Origin: Paraphysomonas bandaiensis
Taxonomy: Eukaryota; Protista; Chrysophyceae
Assembly (NCBI GenBank): GCA_965644295.1
Contig: CBFFRP010000259.1
Location: 34,010 to 98,009, forward strand
Direction of reading: 5' to 3'
DNA: 64,000 nt
The position numbers and the translations under genes are program-made. Of the stretch, positions 1 through 11,338 are shown piece after piece (the stretch's first letter is position 1; every line of letters begins with the position of its first letter). The notes under the pieces are model-generated. The model worked only from the letters and a program-made list of their open reading frames with translations. It was not told where the DNA came from and ran no database searches.

Positions 1-620
1 TATTATTGCTGAATCGAATGCAGCTGTAGCTGCGGATATATGGAGTGCCGATGACATTGCCGGGGCATTTACCTCTCCCGCAAGTGTAGTGTCTACTATT
101 TCTCCATCATCATCCGCGGCGAATGTAGTGCCTGTGACTTCTCCATCTACCTCTGGCCAGTTAACTGGGAGTCATATTATTGCTGAGTCGAATACAACAG
201 AAAGTGCAGACATATGCAGTTATGAAGGTATTGCTGGTATGTTCTTACGCCCTTCAATAGTAGATGACATCAGTGGGGAAGCTGTTGCGTCTTCATCTAC
301 CTCTGGTCAGTTACCTGGGAGCCCTATTATTGCTGAATCGAATACAGCTGTAGCTGCGGATATATGGAGTGCCGATGACATTGCCGGGGCATTTACCTCT
401 CCCGCAAGTGTAGTGTCTACTATTTCTCCATCATCATCCGCGGCGAATGTAGTGCCTGTGACTTCTCCATCTACCTCTGGCCAGTTAACTGGGAGTCATA
501 TTATTGCTGAGTCGAATACAACTGTAGCTGCAGATATATGGAGTGCCGATGACATTGCCGGGGCGTTTACTCCTCCCGCAAGTGTAGTGTCTACTATTTC
601 TCAAACATCATCCGCGGCCG
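1..620 (+). repeat. Coding tandem duplications (324-nt and 174-nt offsets) in the FYVE gene N-terminus
   Basis: TATTATTGCTGARTCGAAT..GATATATGGAGTGCCGATGACATTGCCGGGGC recurs at about 1, 325 and 499, all in frame. Confidence 0.9.
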
Positions 621-3037
621 TGGATATGCGGAACTCTGATGGATTTGCAGGGGCTTCCTCTCACCAATCAAATGGGGTTCCTAGATTTTCATCCTTACAA
701 ACAACAGAATCACAGCGCTTACGCTATTCCCCTCAGTCTTCCACCCTTGGACCTACTTCAGAAGATGCTGAAAGTGCAGTGGTATCTTCTTCGAATGCTG
801 TGAGTGCAACAGCAGGTGAATTATCTGATACCAGTGCCTCCAGAGAAGAGCGGATTACACCTGTTCGAGAATCCGTGCAAGAGCGACTACCTTCTCTGCC
901 TCGAATGCCACTTCAGCGCCCCACCAGCATCTCACGCTTACCAAGGGCGAGTGCTGTACAAGAAGATACCATGGATGATGACACAGTGCATGGCGAAGCT
1001 TATATGGCTGTCAGTGTCGATCCAGGAATCTCTACAGTGACTGATATATACATGCGAGATGAAACAGGAGGGTTATATGTTGCTGTCGCTGCACCACTGA
1101 CTGCAGTCGACAACTCAGAGCAGACGGATGTTCATGATAGCCCCCAGGTGGAAGCCACTGATCCTAGAGAGGCCAACCGCCGTCGTACTGTATGGGCACG
1201 ACTGTACGGCGAAGAGCAAGCAAGTTGGCGGTCCAGGAATGGAGAGAGGGGCGTAAAGCGTCGCGTTTTTCTACCGTTTAATATTGTTGAACATGAAGGA
1301 AAATTTCAGCCGATAGTAACATTGAGACAGCCAAAGCTTGGTGTTAACGACGGGCCGCAGCACAACAGACCTTCTACATTGCCCTTATCTGCATCAAATA
1401 CTCGCGAGCTGGCTATGCGACATGCTGAAGTGAATACCCCTCCCATGTGGGCAGGGGGAAATGACCCAAAAGAATGTGTGATCTGCCTACATTCTGCCGG
1501 ATTATTCTATAAAATTCACCACTGTAGAAACTGTGGCTATTATGTGTGTAATAAATGCTCGAGAAAGGATTGGCCAGCCACCATGCTGCCGCGTACATAC
1601 GTTCCGTATAAAGAAAACGTTGTCCGCGTCTGTGATTCCTGTGCTTACCTCCAGGAGGGTTTTGTGGATGCACTACGGAGTGGAAATGTAACAGTTGCTA
1701 TGGCATTTTTCTCTACCGGCAATGTCAATCTCCACTGCCCCATGACTATATACAAGTCCGAGGAGTATCCTCTACATAGTGCAGTACAGGGTGGTAACAT
1801 ATATCTTGTTCGCTGGCTGCTAGAGGAAAGAAAGTGTAGTCTACGCGGTCCGGACGGCGAGCCACTCAGAACTACTGAAGGCCTCACCCCGTTCGCTTTG
1901 GCAGCCTATTACGGGCATGCTGACATTATGGAATACCTTGTTCGGAGTCACGGATGCAAGGTGACAGAGATCAAGGACTCCAGTGTTATGGCGAGAGGAC
2001 TGCACGCTGCTCTGAGGGTAATAATTAACTATTATTTTCTATGTATGATTTAATGAGTACATGCAAGGCACCTGGCGATCTTCCTGCCACAACTGCACGG
2101 TCATCGTTCTTTCGTGGTCGACGTGCTGTCCCTTCTGAGTTGGAGCAGGTTGAGGCACCACCGGAAAGGGATAGCGCTCCTTCGAACATGCGCCCGGTTC
2201 CCGCACAACTAGCTACAGGGAACAGAAATATGTCACATATTCCTTCCACCATTGCCGCACATGTCTCCACTCCTAGCTTGCGTGAGGTACGTTTACTTCA
2301 CTGATTCATAAGTAATGTTGACTGTTTTCGTTATCTTTATATTACAGCCTACGTATAGACCGAAGTTAGCTCAAGGGAAGCGCCGTACAATAAACCCGAA
2401 TGCTCTACATATATCTCGTATGTCGGTTGAACAGTCTTGTCAGGAGCTACGCAACTCTGACGCTCCACTGACAAGCGAAATTCTCCAAGAAGCTAGGCAG
2501 AGCAGAACATCCAATGCAGAGGATACAGAATCAACTCGCATAAGCCACACTATAACCCAGCCTTATACAGACGATGATGTTATACCTGTGACTGCAGATA
2601 TGTCATCCAGGTACAGAGAGTTCGCTAGTCCACTTCGTGAGTCCGAAGTAGCTGCAGACACGATAGATCAGCGTATACCTGTGACGAGAACGCTAGCCCA
2701 TGATATGACTGGTGAACGAGAGACACGAGGCGGAAACCGAATCAACCGTATTGCGTCACCAGTTGAAGACGATGATATCAGCGTAGATACATCTATTGCA
2801 TCTTATTATGGTAAGAGCTCACCTGTTTGTTGTAAAATTTGTTTTTGGGTTGATTTTTTATGTGATAATAATCTATGTATAGAAACAGAGAGCGTGAACA
2901 CAATTGAGCGAGCGAACCAGCGCAATTTCATTAGAGAGCAGACGTTGGCGAGAATAGAATCAGACGAGAGAGAAGTACAGGATGTGCTGTCTAGAGCAAA
3001 CTCAGGGCGTTTACCGCGGAACGTTCGACGGAGGTAG
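2..3037 (+). CDS. FYVE zinc finger + ankyrin repeat protein with repetitive Ser/Thr-rich N-terminus (5' partial, spliced)
   Basis: The frame is open from base 2. FYVE motif CVIC..HHCRNCG..C..C..VRVCDSC; ankyrin motifs YPLHSAVQGGNIYLVRWLL and TPFALAAYYGHADIMEYLV. GT-AG introns 2018-2067 and 2287-2347 join ORFs 89/2041/2315 in frame; a further in-frame intron is likely at 2811-2882. Confidence 0.85.
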
Positions 3038-3672
3038 TGATGTTTGAGCGTCGTGGATTGTTATAAATTACTTTATGACCTGTCTGTGTATAATATCTAC
3101 AGCATACTATAAGTATTCGTTGTCAACTTATCCATTTTATACCAACCTAAAACGTAATACACGGGAACTTTGTTCGCACTGTAGCAGCTATGTTATTGCA
3201 AATGATACGTCTATATGGCTTATGTGCTTATTTCTATCTTACTAGAGATATATTATTGAGCCTAGTCTTACTATAGGATTGAATTCGGCAAAATATTTAA
3301 GCAATGTTTAAATTTTTCATTAAAAGCCTAGTTAGTAGTGAATATCTTACTATTAGCACTAGGAAAAAATTAATTAACTAGTGCTAACCTCTGATATCCA
3401 ACAAATTTTACATTTTTTAACGCTATGAAAGCTGCATGTGCGTCACCGCAAGCACCAAGATGCAACTACTTTCGCTCTATTACTCAAAGCAAACGCAGCG
3501 AGCAAGAAGAATGTTCCCTCCACAAATGCAGACTTGTACCTTTTCGTGGTGTTCTGGGTTCTGGGTGATAAGTACTGGAGATTGTGTAGAGACGTCATTG
3601 AGCCCAGATGAAAAACAGTCATTCGGGAGTGGCCCCCCCTCAATGGCACCCGGCGTTTGGGCTACCTGCTGA

Positions 3673-4763
3673 GGGAAATATTATTCAACCTAGTCAAATT
3701 GGTTGAATTACCTAGTCACGCTATTTTTGGTGGAATAACCTAGTCAAAGTAATAAATGACTCAACCTAGTCAACTTTGGTATTCAACCTAGTCGTTCTTA
3801 TATCCATTGATTACACACTGTGACTGTCTAAGATACCATCTCACACCACACAATATATTAGTGGCTTACAGAGCATCACAACAAACACTCAAACATAACA
3901 ATAAGCTCATATATACATATCTACATAACACAGATGTACGTGTATGTCTATCTAGCCTATCTGTAGCATGTATGCATATAGCGATGGGTCCCTGTGAGTG
4001 TTATGGGGAGGAGGGTGCATGAAGCTGTGGGCATAACTCACTCTATGATCCGCAGGACATCTTGAGATCTTCATATGCTGGGAGTGATGGCGCTCATCTT
4101 CCTTCACTTCAGCACTGAATGAATGACTTCGATTGCTGCATTGGCTTTCAGGGGTGCATAAATCTCCCTATTTTTAGTCCAACGGAAAAAAAAGGAGGTT
4201 TTCAGGGAACAAACTTCTAAAAGCAGCATCATTGAAGTGGACTGTAGAGCAGCATCAGAACATCAGCATCATGAGTGTGTCATCAGTCTTACAGCATCAT
4301 GAGTGTGTCATCAGTCTTACAGCATCATGAGTGTGTCATCAGTCTTACAGCATCATGAGTGTGTCATCAGTCTTACAGCATCATGAGTGTGTCGTCAGTC
4401 TTACGGCATCATGAGTGTGTCATCAGTCTTACAGCATCATGAGTGTGTCATCAGTCTTACAGCATCATGAGTGTGTCATCAGTCTTACGGCATCATGAGT
4501 GTGTCATCAGTCTTACAGCATTGCATGTGTACAATAGATGCATTTGCATTAATTGATGGCTAGAGTATGCTCCCATGTTTGAGTAGAAGTTATTATTTTT
4601 GACTAGGTGAATACCTTAAAACACCTAGTCAACCTAGTCATTGTAAACTGAAAATATGAATTATTAAATGACTAGGTTTTTCACCTACTTGACTAGGTTT
4701 TTACACCAATTTTGGTGTGACTAGGTAGTTCAACCATTTTGACTAGGTTGAATAATACATCCC
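3673..4763. mobile_element. Non-autonomous Mutator-like (MULE/MITE) DNA transposon
   Basis: Perfect 9-bp TSD ACCTGCTGA at 3664-3672 and 4764-4772. TIRs GGGAAATATTATTCAACCTAGTCAAATTGGTTGAATTACCTAGTCAC / GTGACTAGGTAGTTCAACCATTTTGACTAGGTTGAATAATACATCCC, with many ACCTAGTCA sub-repeats. No transposase. Confidence 0.9.
4264..4521. repeat. 28-bp minisatellite (CAGCATCATGAGTGTGTCATCAGTCTTA) x9 inside the MULE
   Basis: Units start at 4264, 4292 ... 4488; near-identical, head-to-tail, with no spacers. Confidence 0.95.
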
Positions 4764-5435
4764 ACCTGCTGAAGTCAAGCGTCTGGGCTGTTCACCTTAA
4801 GGAGTCAAAAATTTTGAAGTCAGCAGTCAGCAGATGTCAGGTATATCAAGTGCGGTCGCTTTGAGTGATAGAGCGAAAGTGGTTACAAGTTGGTGCCTGC
4901 GATGACGCACATAGCGTTAAGAATGTTAAATTGTAAATGTAGTAGATAGTTAAATTGTTTTGCTACATTAGTTCTGACCCTTACATACCTATTGCTAACA
5001 ATCAGACCTTCACTACTGGACTACTGGGACTAGTTATATTGTCACTATAAACACCTGGTCAATTTTGTTGTTGAATAAACAAGGTTTTGTGTATAATTGA
5101 CACTCTGGAAGTAGTTTATAAAAAAATATTTGTCAATGTTTTAAATAGTAACAGGTGAATAAAACAATGTTTCTTCGCGTGTCAGTTATACATCACACTT
5201 GAACAGACATAGTTAGTTATTAGTTACATGTAAAAGCATAAACGTTTTAAAATGTATATTGTACAAAGCACAAATGCCAATAATTAATCGTAATGATTGA
5301 GATGTCTACATACCTTGGGGCTACAACAAGCATTCAGATAAACGAAATGTATATTTAATGAACAAAATACATCCACAGCACCCCGACATATATTTAGCCA
5401 CATGCTGCAATCTATCAACAGCAGGAGCTCCAAAA

Positions 5436-7523
5436 CTACTCCACGGTGTTGTTGACCAGATCAGCGACACCAAGTCCAATTGCCATACACGTGGCGGCAA
5501 TAGGTGCGCTCGGTATTGATGGAAACACACTGGCGTCCGCAATACGCAGCTTCTCTGCTCCACTCACTCGCAAATATACATCTACAACCCCTTTGGAGTT
5601 CTGCGACGATGAATTCGACATGTCAGTTGATAGGGCAGACTCAGTTTTATCAACTTCATCAGATGAACATGTCATGCGACAGGTTCCACAAAAGTGAAAG
5701 TATGTGGTTAAGAATAGCTTATAGTACAACTGAAACAATGACCCGGAGATAGCATAACCAAATAGCGGACCAGGAAGAAGCTCAGTATACCAAAGCCCGG
5801 AGGTAGACGCGACGTTCACACTGCGACGGGCAGCCGCAAGTCCGCATTTGGTAATCTCCATATCGCATTTACTCAATCCATAATTCAGATCTGCAGAAAA
5901 TTAGATACAAAAGTGGATAGGGACTCAGGCACGCACCAATAACCACAGGATCGACATGCTTGCGGAACCGAGAGTGTACATTCGATGACACTCTGCCTTG
6001 TATTTGCGGCTGCACATTACATACCAGAACTGCTAGTACCATCGAAAGTAGTTGCTGGACCAAACTTATGTGTGATATAAACTAAATACAAAAACCAACA
6101 AAACTACATTAGACTCAAGCACAGGTGGTGACATCGAATCCTACATATATAATGGAAAAGAAAAACGGCCTCACGTAGTACGAGTAAAAATTGAATTTCT
6201 CTAAACGTGGTAACACCATCTCAGCAATCAGTCCAGGTAGCACTCGACCATCGACATAGACAAGTTGAATACTGCTAACATGGTAAAGAAAAAATACTTA
6301 TGTAACATAACGCAAGTGACCTGGGAGGTGTTGAAGAGTTAGCAGGGACAGGATCCCCTTTGCAGTCTAGGTTTACCCAGCCATGAATGCCATTAGAAGG
6401 TAGACTACTTTCACTCACTACATGCGGCAAATTCCGCCAGCTTCCGAAAGTAATGAAGGGTAAGACAGTATGATCCATAAGCCGCTTCCCAATCTCCGAC
6501 AGAGGAATTTTTTTCGAATACTCGACAGCCTCCTCGGTTCGTACGTGAAGCTGAATTCCCTGCGCAATGATGGTGTCACAGTGAGAGATATCATTGTCTC
6601 CATCATCCTGTAGCAACTGGCCCTGCGTGCAGAAACACGGTTCTTGAGTGACACCTGGATCTATACTTTCAGGTGGAAGGACAATGGAATGTCTGAGGAT
6701 AGACGGCGAACCCCATACACCACTACAGAGTATCACCTCGCCACCGTTCTCAGTACGCAACAAGACCCGCTTTCCCCTAGAGTCCGTCATATACACTCCG
6801 ATTGCTACAAGATGAGAGTCCTCTGTCGTTCCATACTGCTCTAGCAATACTCCATGAACAGTGGTGTTTGCTAGAACTCGTAGTGTGCGAGCAGATATTA
6901 GTGGTGACAGTAAATCTCCCAAGCGAGTGCGGGTGCCAGCAGTAGTGGTGGTATAATAACTCGAATGTAATGCACCGTCATCCCATACACCTTGCGAATC
7001 GCACTCATTAACAACAGATGATTGTACAGCAGCCTCGACAACACCACTTCTAGAAGTTTTAACAGGTTCCACAATACTTTTAACTCTCGAGAATAGCCTA
7101 TACGAATACGATCACCAACGAAGCATATATTCAAATATAACTTTACTTTTCCATCCGCATCGAATTCCACTCCTCTGGCCAGTATCTGTCGAATACAGCT
7201 CTGTGTCCCGGGTTCCATATCATGGCATTGATGTTAGTTGAGCCTCCGATGCCGGTGCCCGCCGGACACAATATGCTCCGGCCCAACAGCCCCTCTTGAG
7301 CCACACATACCCTCCTGATCGCCTCACAGTCCTTCACCCATGCTGCGCCCCATCTTAATGGATCAATGGAGTCATGATGTGTGTTGGCTTGAAGAGATCC
7401 AGCTTCCAATAGATAGATATCAGATGTTTTGCTTAGTTCATGAGCACAGAGGATACCGGCCGCTCCTGCGCCTACGATGATGTGTACAGGGCGTTTGAAT
7501 CCGGATATAGAGTTGTGTTCCAT
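5436..7523 (-). CDS. GMC (glucose-methanol-choline) FAD oxidoreductase, multi-exon
   Basis: IIVGAGAAG (FAD binding), GTGIGGSTNINAM, VILCSGVWGSPSIL, IGKRLMDH, YFHFCGTCRM and GVVD..LRV....LRIADASVFP. GT-AG introns such as 7146-7098 and 6320-6272 join the ORFs. Confidence 0.9.
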
Positions 7524-7761
7524 GTCAATGGATTACTGGAGATGGAGAGTAGGAGTGATGGTTAGTTGATGTTACTTGTATATATATGTATGTATGTATG
7601 TGTGTGTGTATGTGTGCTGCTGCATACAGATGTACAGTATATGCAGTATATATCCACTAACGAAGAGATGAAGTCACAGTCCAGATTGAAACACTTTCAC
7701 TTCAATTCAATAAGCACTTGCAATAATGCAGTTGGGTTTTCTTCAAGTGGCCCTCTACGTA

Positions 7762-7965
7762 TATGTATGCATGTATGTATGTATGTATGTAGGTATGTAT
7801 GTAGGTATGTATGTATGTATGTATGTATGTATGTATGTATGTATGTATGTATGTATGTAGGTATGTATGTATGTATGTATGTATGTATGTATGTATGTAT
7901 GTATGTATGTATGTATGTATGTATGTAGGTATGTATGTATGTATGTATGCATGCATGTAGGTATG
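7762..7965. repeat. (GTAT)n / (TACA)n microsatellite
   Basis: Direct tetranucleotide run between divergent genes. Confidence 0.98.
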
Positions 7966-8193
7966 TGGATTGTACACAGGTACAGAGTGAAGTATGTGTG
8001 AAGGTTCCATTGGATGGTACATATGGAGCACTGAAGTGAGAATATCTCCGCACAGTATTACCTCACCTCAGTACACTGGTACACCGTACAGTACAGTGTG
8101 AAGTGGAAGAGAACAGTGTCTACATAGCAAACAATCTCCTCATCATGCTACCATACAGACATACGTACACATATACATGATAGTGACAGCACT

Positions 8194-10896
8194 ATGAGCC
8201 ATATTCCTCACTTGCCTAGCTCAGATACAAAGCCCAGACGACACCACCCTCGTCTACACCTCCCAGAGGCCTCTATACCAGTCAACAGAAGCCTTCCATC
8301 TTTATTACAACGATCATCTAGTGGTCATATACGAGATGATCCATCAGACAGAGATAGAGATACACAGCAACTGATAGAGGGGGTTGGTGATGGAGATAAC
8401 ACACATATATCGAGTGGTCCTGCTGCTGATGGTCCTGTCGATGTGGTGTGTCCATCGCATGACTCCTCCAACACACGATCACAAACAACAGCTGAACGAT
8501 CTGAAGTCTCATCTGACACTGCTGCTGCCACACACAGCGAGGGAAAACGCAATGAAGGGACAACTTCTAATACCGCTCATCACGCCTCAGTGGAACAGTC
8601 AACTTCAACTCCATCTGGCGTAGGTAGTTGTATGCAAAACACATCGAATCGTACATCGACCTCATGCAGACCGGCACATTCTTTTATTAAGCAAGAACCA
8701 CTTAATAGGGCTCCGGATTTCACTGTACCTGCGGCGGTCGAAAACCGGCAATCATGTCACACTGATGCTAGGTCGCATTCTGGTGAGGCCCAAGTCAGGA
8801 AGGGGGGAGATATTCAAAGCTCTGAGCCGGTACGTGGGCCTTATAGTGTAGGAATATCCCGTACTCAGGAGCGGACACTCTCTGGCTCCCAAGGAAATGG
8901 TACATCATATAGCAGAACGAGGTTCTTTGGTTGCAGGTCATCACCATACGGAGATAAGAGTTCTGATAATCAGTCACGAGTTTCTAATAGTTCATATCGC
9001 ACATCAGTGGAACAGTCAACTTCAACTCCTTCTGGCGTAGGTAGTTGTATGCAAAACACATCGAATCGTACATCGACCTCATGCAGACCGGCACATTCTT
9101 TTATTAAGCAAGAACCACTTAATAGGGCTCCGGATTTCACTGTACCTGCGGCGGTCGAAAACCGGCAATCATGTCAAACTGATGCTAGGTCGCATTCTGG
9201 TGAGGCCCAAGTCAGGAAGGGGGGAGATATTCAAAGCTCTGAGCCGGTACGTGGGCCTTATAGTGTAGGAATATCCCGTACTCAGGAGCGGACACTCTCT
9301 GGCTCCCAAGGAAATGGTACATCATATAGCAGAACGAGGTTCTTTGGTTGCAGGTCATCACCATACGGAGATAAGAGTTCTGATAATCAGTCACGAGTTT
9401 CTAATAGTTCATATCGCGCCTCTGGAGAGAAATCTTCTCCGGATTGCACTGTACCTGCGGCGCTAGACAACAGGCAATTATATCAAACTGGTGCTAGGTC
9501 GCATACTGGTGAGGACCAAGGCTGGAATGAGGCAGGATATCCAACAAAGTTTTGTGGTGATAGCTTAGCACCATACGAATATAAGACATCTAACTTTAAG
9601 CCGCGGACTACGAGTAGTGATTTTAAGCGTCATGTGATGTCTACAAAACAAGAATTTGATTCGCGTGATGTGAATAGGAGGTCGCGTAGCCGTGAACGAT
9701 CATACTTCCGCATTCGAGGTCATACAGACGATTCTAACGATTCGCGTGATGTGAATAGGAGGCCGCGTAGCCGTGAACGATCACACTTCCGCACTCGAGG
9801 TCATACAAATGATTCTCATGACAGGAAGTATTCTTATCGCGACGAATATGTGCCTTGCCGAGATAAGCCTGCTGACTGCCACTCAATAGATTATCGGAAC
9901 AGGAGAGCCCCACTCTCTAATAGAGCCGCCAGTGTGAAAAAGGTGGAGCTTTCGCCACGAACTACCATGGAGGCACAGACGGAAGCCAATAAGGATAATG
10001 ATGTACAGTTGTCGACCACTAACACTGTTGCCACTGTTCCGAATGACGAATCACAGGCAGCGCAGAATACTAGTATCCAGTCGATCGGGGTCGACTTAAA
10101 AGTACCCGCTACAGATGAAACACAGTACCCAACTACCGGGTTTACAAGTGAACACCTGCAGATCACAAGTAGTTTAGACAAAGGGGAAGATAAACAGTCG
10201 AAACCCACTGCTGTTGCCGAATCCCAAGCACTGACCACTGCGAGTGCTGATTCCCATCTTCAGCCCCCTAGAACTTGTCGTTATCGTCCTCAGATGCATA
10301 GTAGAGTTGCGGCTTCACTCCCTTCGGAAGACGAGAATAATGATCGTTGTGGTTCAGCGTCCTCAGATCTTACCCATGACTCCTCTAAAGGTGAAACCTT
10401 GGTTGAGTTTAGCTTCCCGGAAGATACCCTTCGGAAAAATTTCTCACAATTCCTTAAAACATTCGATGGAGTTGTAAGGTTTACATTTCATCGTCAGAAA
10501 CGAAAGGCAGATGTATATATGATAGATTACCCCAGTGCGAAGAATGTCGTCAGCTACTTTGATTCCCCTTTCATTCTTCCCAAAAACAATTATGAGGTCC
10601 GCATCATAGATGATCAACGCCAGGGTCGACCGAACTCTGGTCGTGCGAAAAGAAATAGCCCAGTTAATAGTAGCGACTGTAGCAATAAACGAAGTTATGA
10701 TAGTACACGTAAATATTGTGAGGGCGCGGAGTCATGTTCCGTTAGTTTTGACCAACAGCTGAAGAGACACTGCGCGAGAGATTTAAGAAGTGATGCCAAT
10801 GCAAAGACGAGTAGACCTCCTGGAAGCAGTGAGTTTTTAGATTTAGTTCTCTGTGAATACCTTGCAAATAGTACTGTTGAAACGACACTATGCTAA
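8194..10896 (+). CDS. Ser/Arg-rich low-complexity protein with a possible divergent C-terminal RRM
   Basis: 900-aa uninterrupted ORF with RSRSRERS motifs. An ordered segment LVEFSFP..LKTFDGVVRFTFHRQKRKADVYM..SAKNVV..YEVRI has an RRM-like pattern. Confidence 0.65.
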   Translation: MSHIPHLPSSDTKPRRHHPRLHLPEASIPVNRSLPSLLQRSSSGHIRDDPSDRDRDTQQLIEGVGDGDNTHISSGPAADGPVDVVCPSHDSSNTRSQTTAERSEVSSDTAAATHSEGKRNEGTTSNTAHHASVEQSTSTPSGVGSCMQNTSNRTSTSCRPAHSFIKQEPLNRAPDFTVPAAVENRQSCHTDARSHSGEAQVRKGGDIQSSEPVRGPYSVGISRTQERTLSGSQGNGTSYSRTRFFGCRSSPYGDKSSDNQSRVSNSSYRTSVEQSTSTPSGVGSCMQNTSNRTSTSCRPAHSFIKQEPLNRAPDFTVPAAVENRQSCQTDARSHSGEAQVRKGGDIQSSEPVRGPYSVGISRTQERTLSGSQGNGTSYSRTRFFGCRSSPYGDKSSDNQSRVSNSSYRASGEKSSPDCTVPAALDNRQLYQTGARSHTGEDQGWNEAGYPTKFCGDSLAPYEYKTSNFKPRTTSSDFKRHVMSTKQEFDSRDVNRRSRSRERSYFRIRGHTDDSNDSRDVNRRPRSRERSHFRTRGHTNDSHDRKYSYRDEYVPCRDKPADCHSIDYRNRRAPLSNRAASVKKVELSPRTTMEAQTEANKDNDVQLSTTNTVATVPNDESQAAQNTSIQSIGVDLKVPATDETQYPTTGFTSEHLQITSSLDKGEDKQSKPTAVAESQALTTASADSHLQPPRTCRYRPQMHSRVAASLPSEDENNDRCGSASSDLTHDSSKGETLVEFSFPEDTLRKNFSQFLKTFDGVVRFTFHRQKRKADVYMIDYPSAKNVVSYFDSPFILPKNNYEVRIIDDQRQGRPNSGRAKRNSPVNSSDCSNKRSYDSTRKYCEGAESCSVSFDQQLKRHCARDLRSDANAKTSRPPGSSEFLDLVLCEYLANSTVETTLC
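8587..9417 (+). repeat. Near-perfect 417-nt (139-aa) tandem duplication
   Basis: TCAGTGGAACAGTCAACTTC starts at 8587 and again at 9004; the copies differ at very few sites. Confidence 0.95.
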
Positions 10897-11338
10897 CTAA
10901 TATATAGCTATTTCATGTGCAAAGTACATAGACACATAGACAAAGGTGGCGATGTCATCGATACTGTACTGTGATACTGTACGGTGTGGTATATTAAGTA
11001 AACTTTAATGAGGAATCGTTACATAATGAAAAGTTGATGAAGGATGGATAAAGCCTTATAAGTGCTTTAATTTTCGCTGCGGAATATGCACTATATTAGA
11101 ACACAGTACCATATGATTCATCCGAAGTAAAATGAATTCAAGAGACAGCAAGCAGACAACACTCACTCTAATTAAATTATTTTTATTACTCTTGCCACAT
11201 GAAGTGATTTCTCTTGATTAATCCGAGTAATGAAATCAACACCACGTCTGAATTTCGCGACTGTAGTGCCTTATGTCGCGTGTTTGCAATTTCAGAAGGA
11301 TAGAAGCACATTAAAGAAAAAGGGTAGAAGACTATTAG

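Larger units (their letters stand above)
3270..5085. mobile_element. Old non-autonomous element with long degenerate terminal inverted repeats (host of the nested MULE); ends approximate
   Basis: About 3400-3490 is the reverse complement of about 4857-4930 (TTGAGT.ATAGAGCGAAAGT.GTT.CA..TTGGTGC.TGCG.TGACGCAC). Internal 3540-3672 plus 4773-4800 is colinear with uninterrupted relatives at 24.7-25.5 kb. Confidence 0.7.

Noticed and set aside
4264-4521. 28-bp repeats as a CRISPR array or hammerhead ribozyme (CTGATGA on the minus strand)
   Set aside because: The units are contiguous with no spacers and no cas genes; the hammerhead GAAA core and stems are absent.
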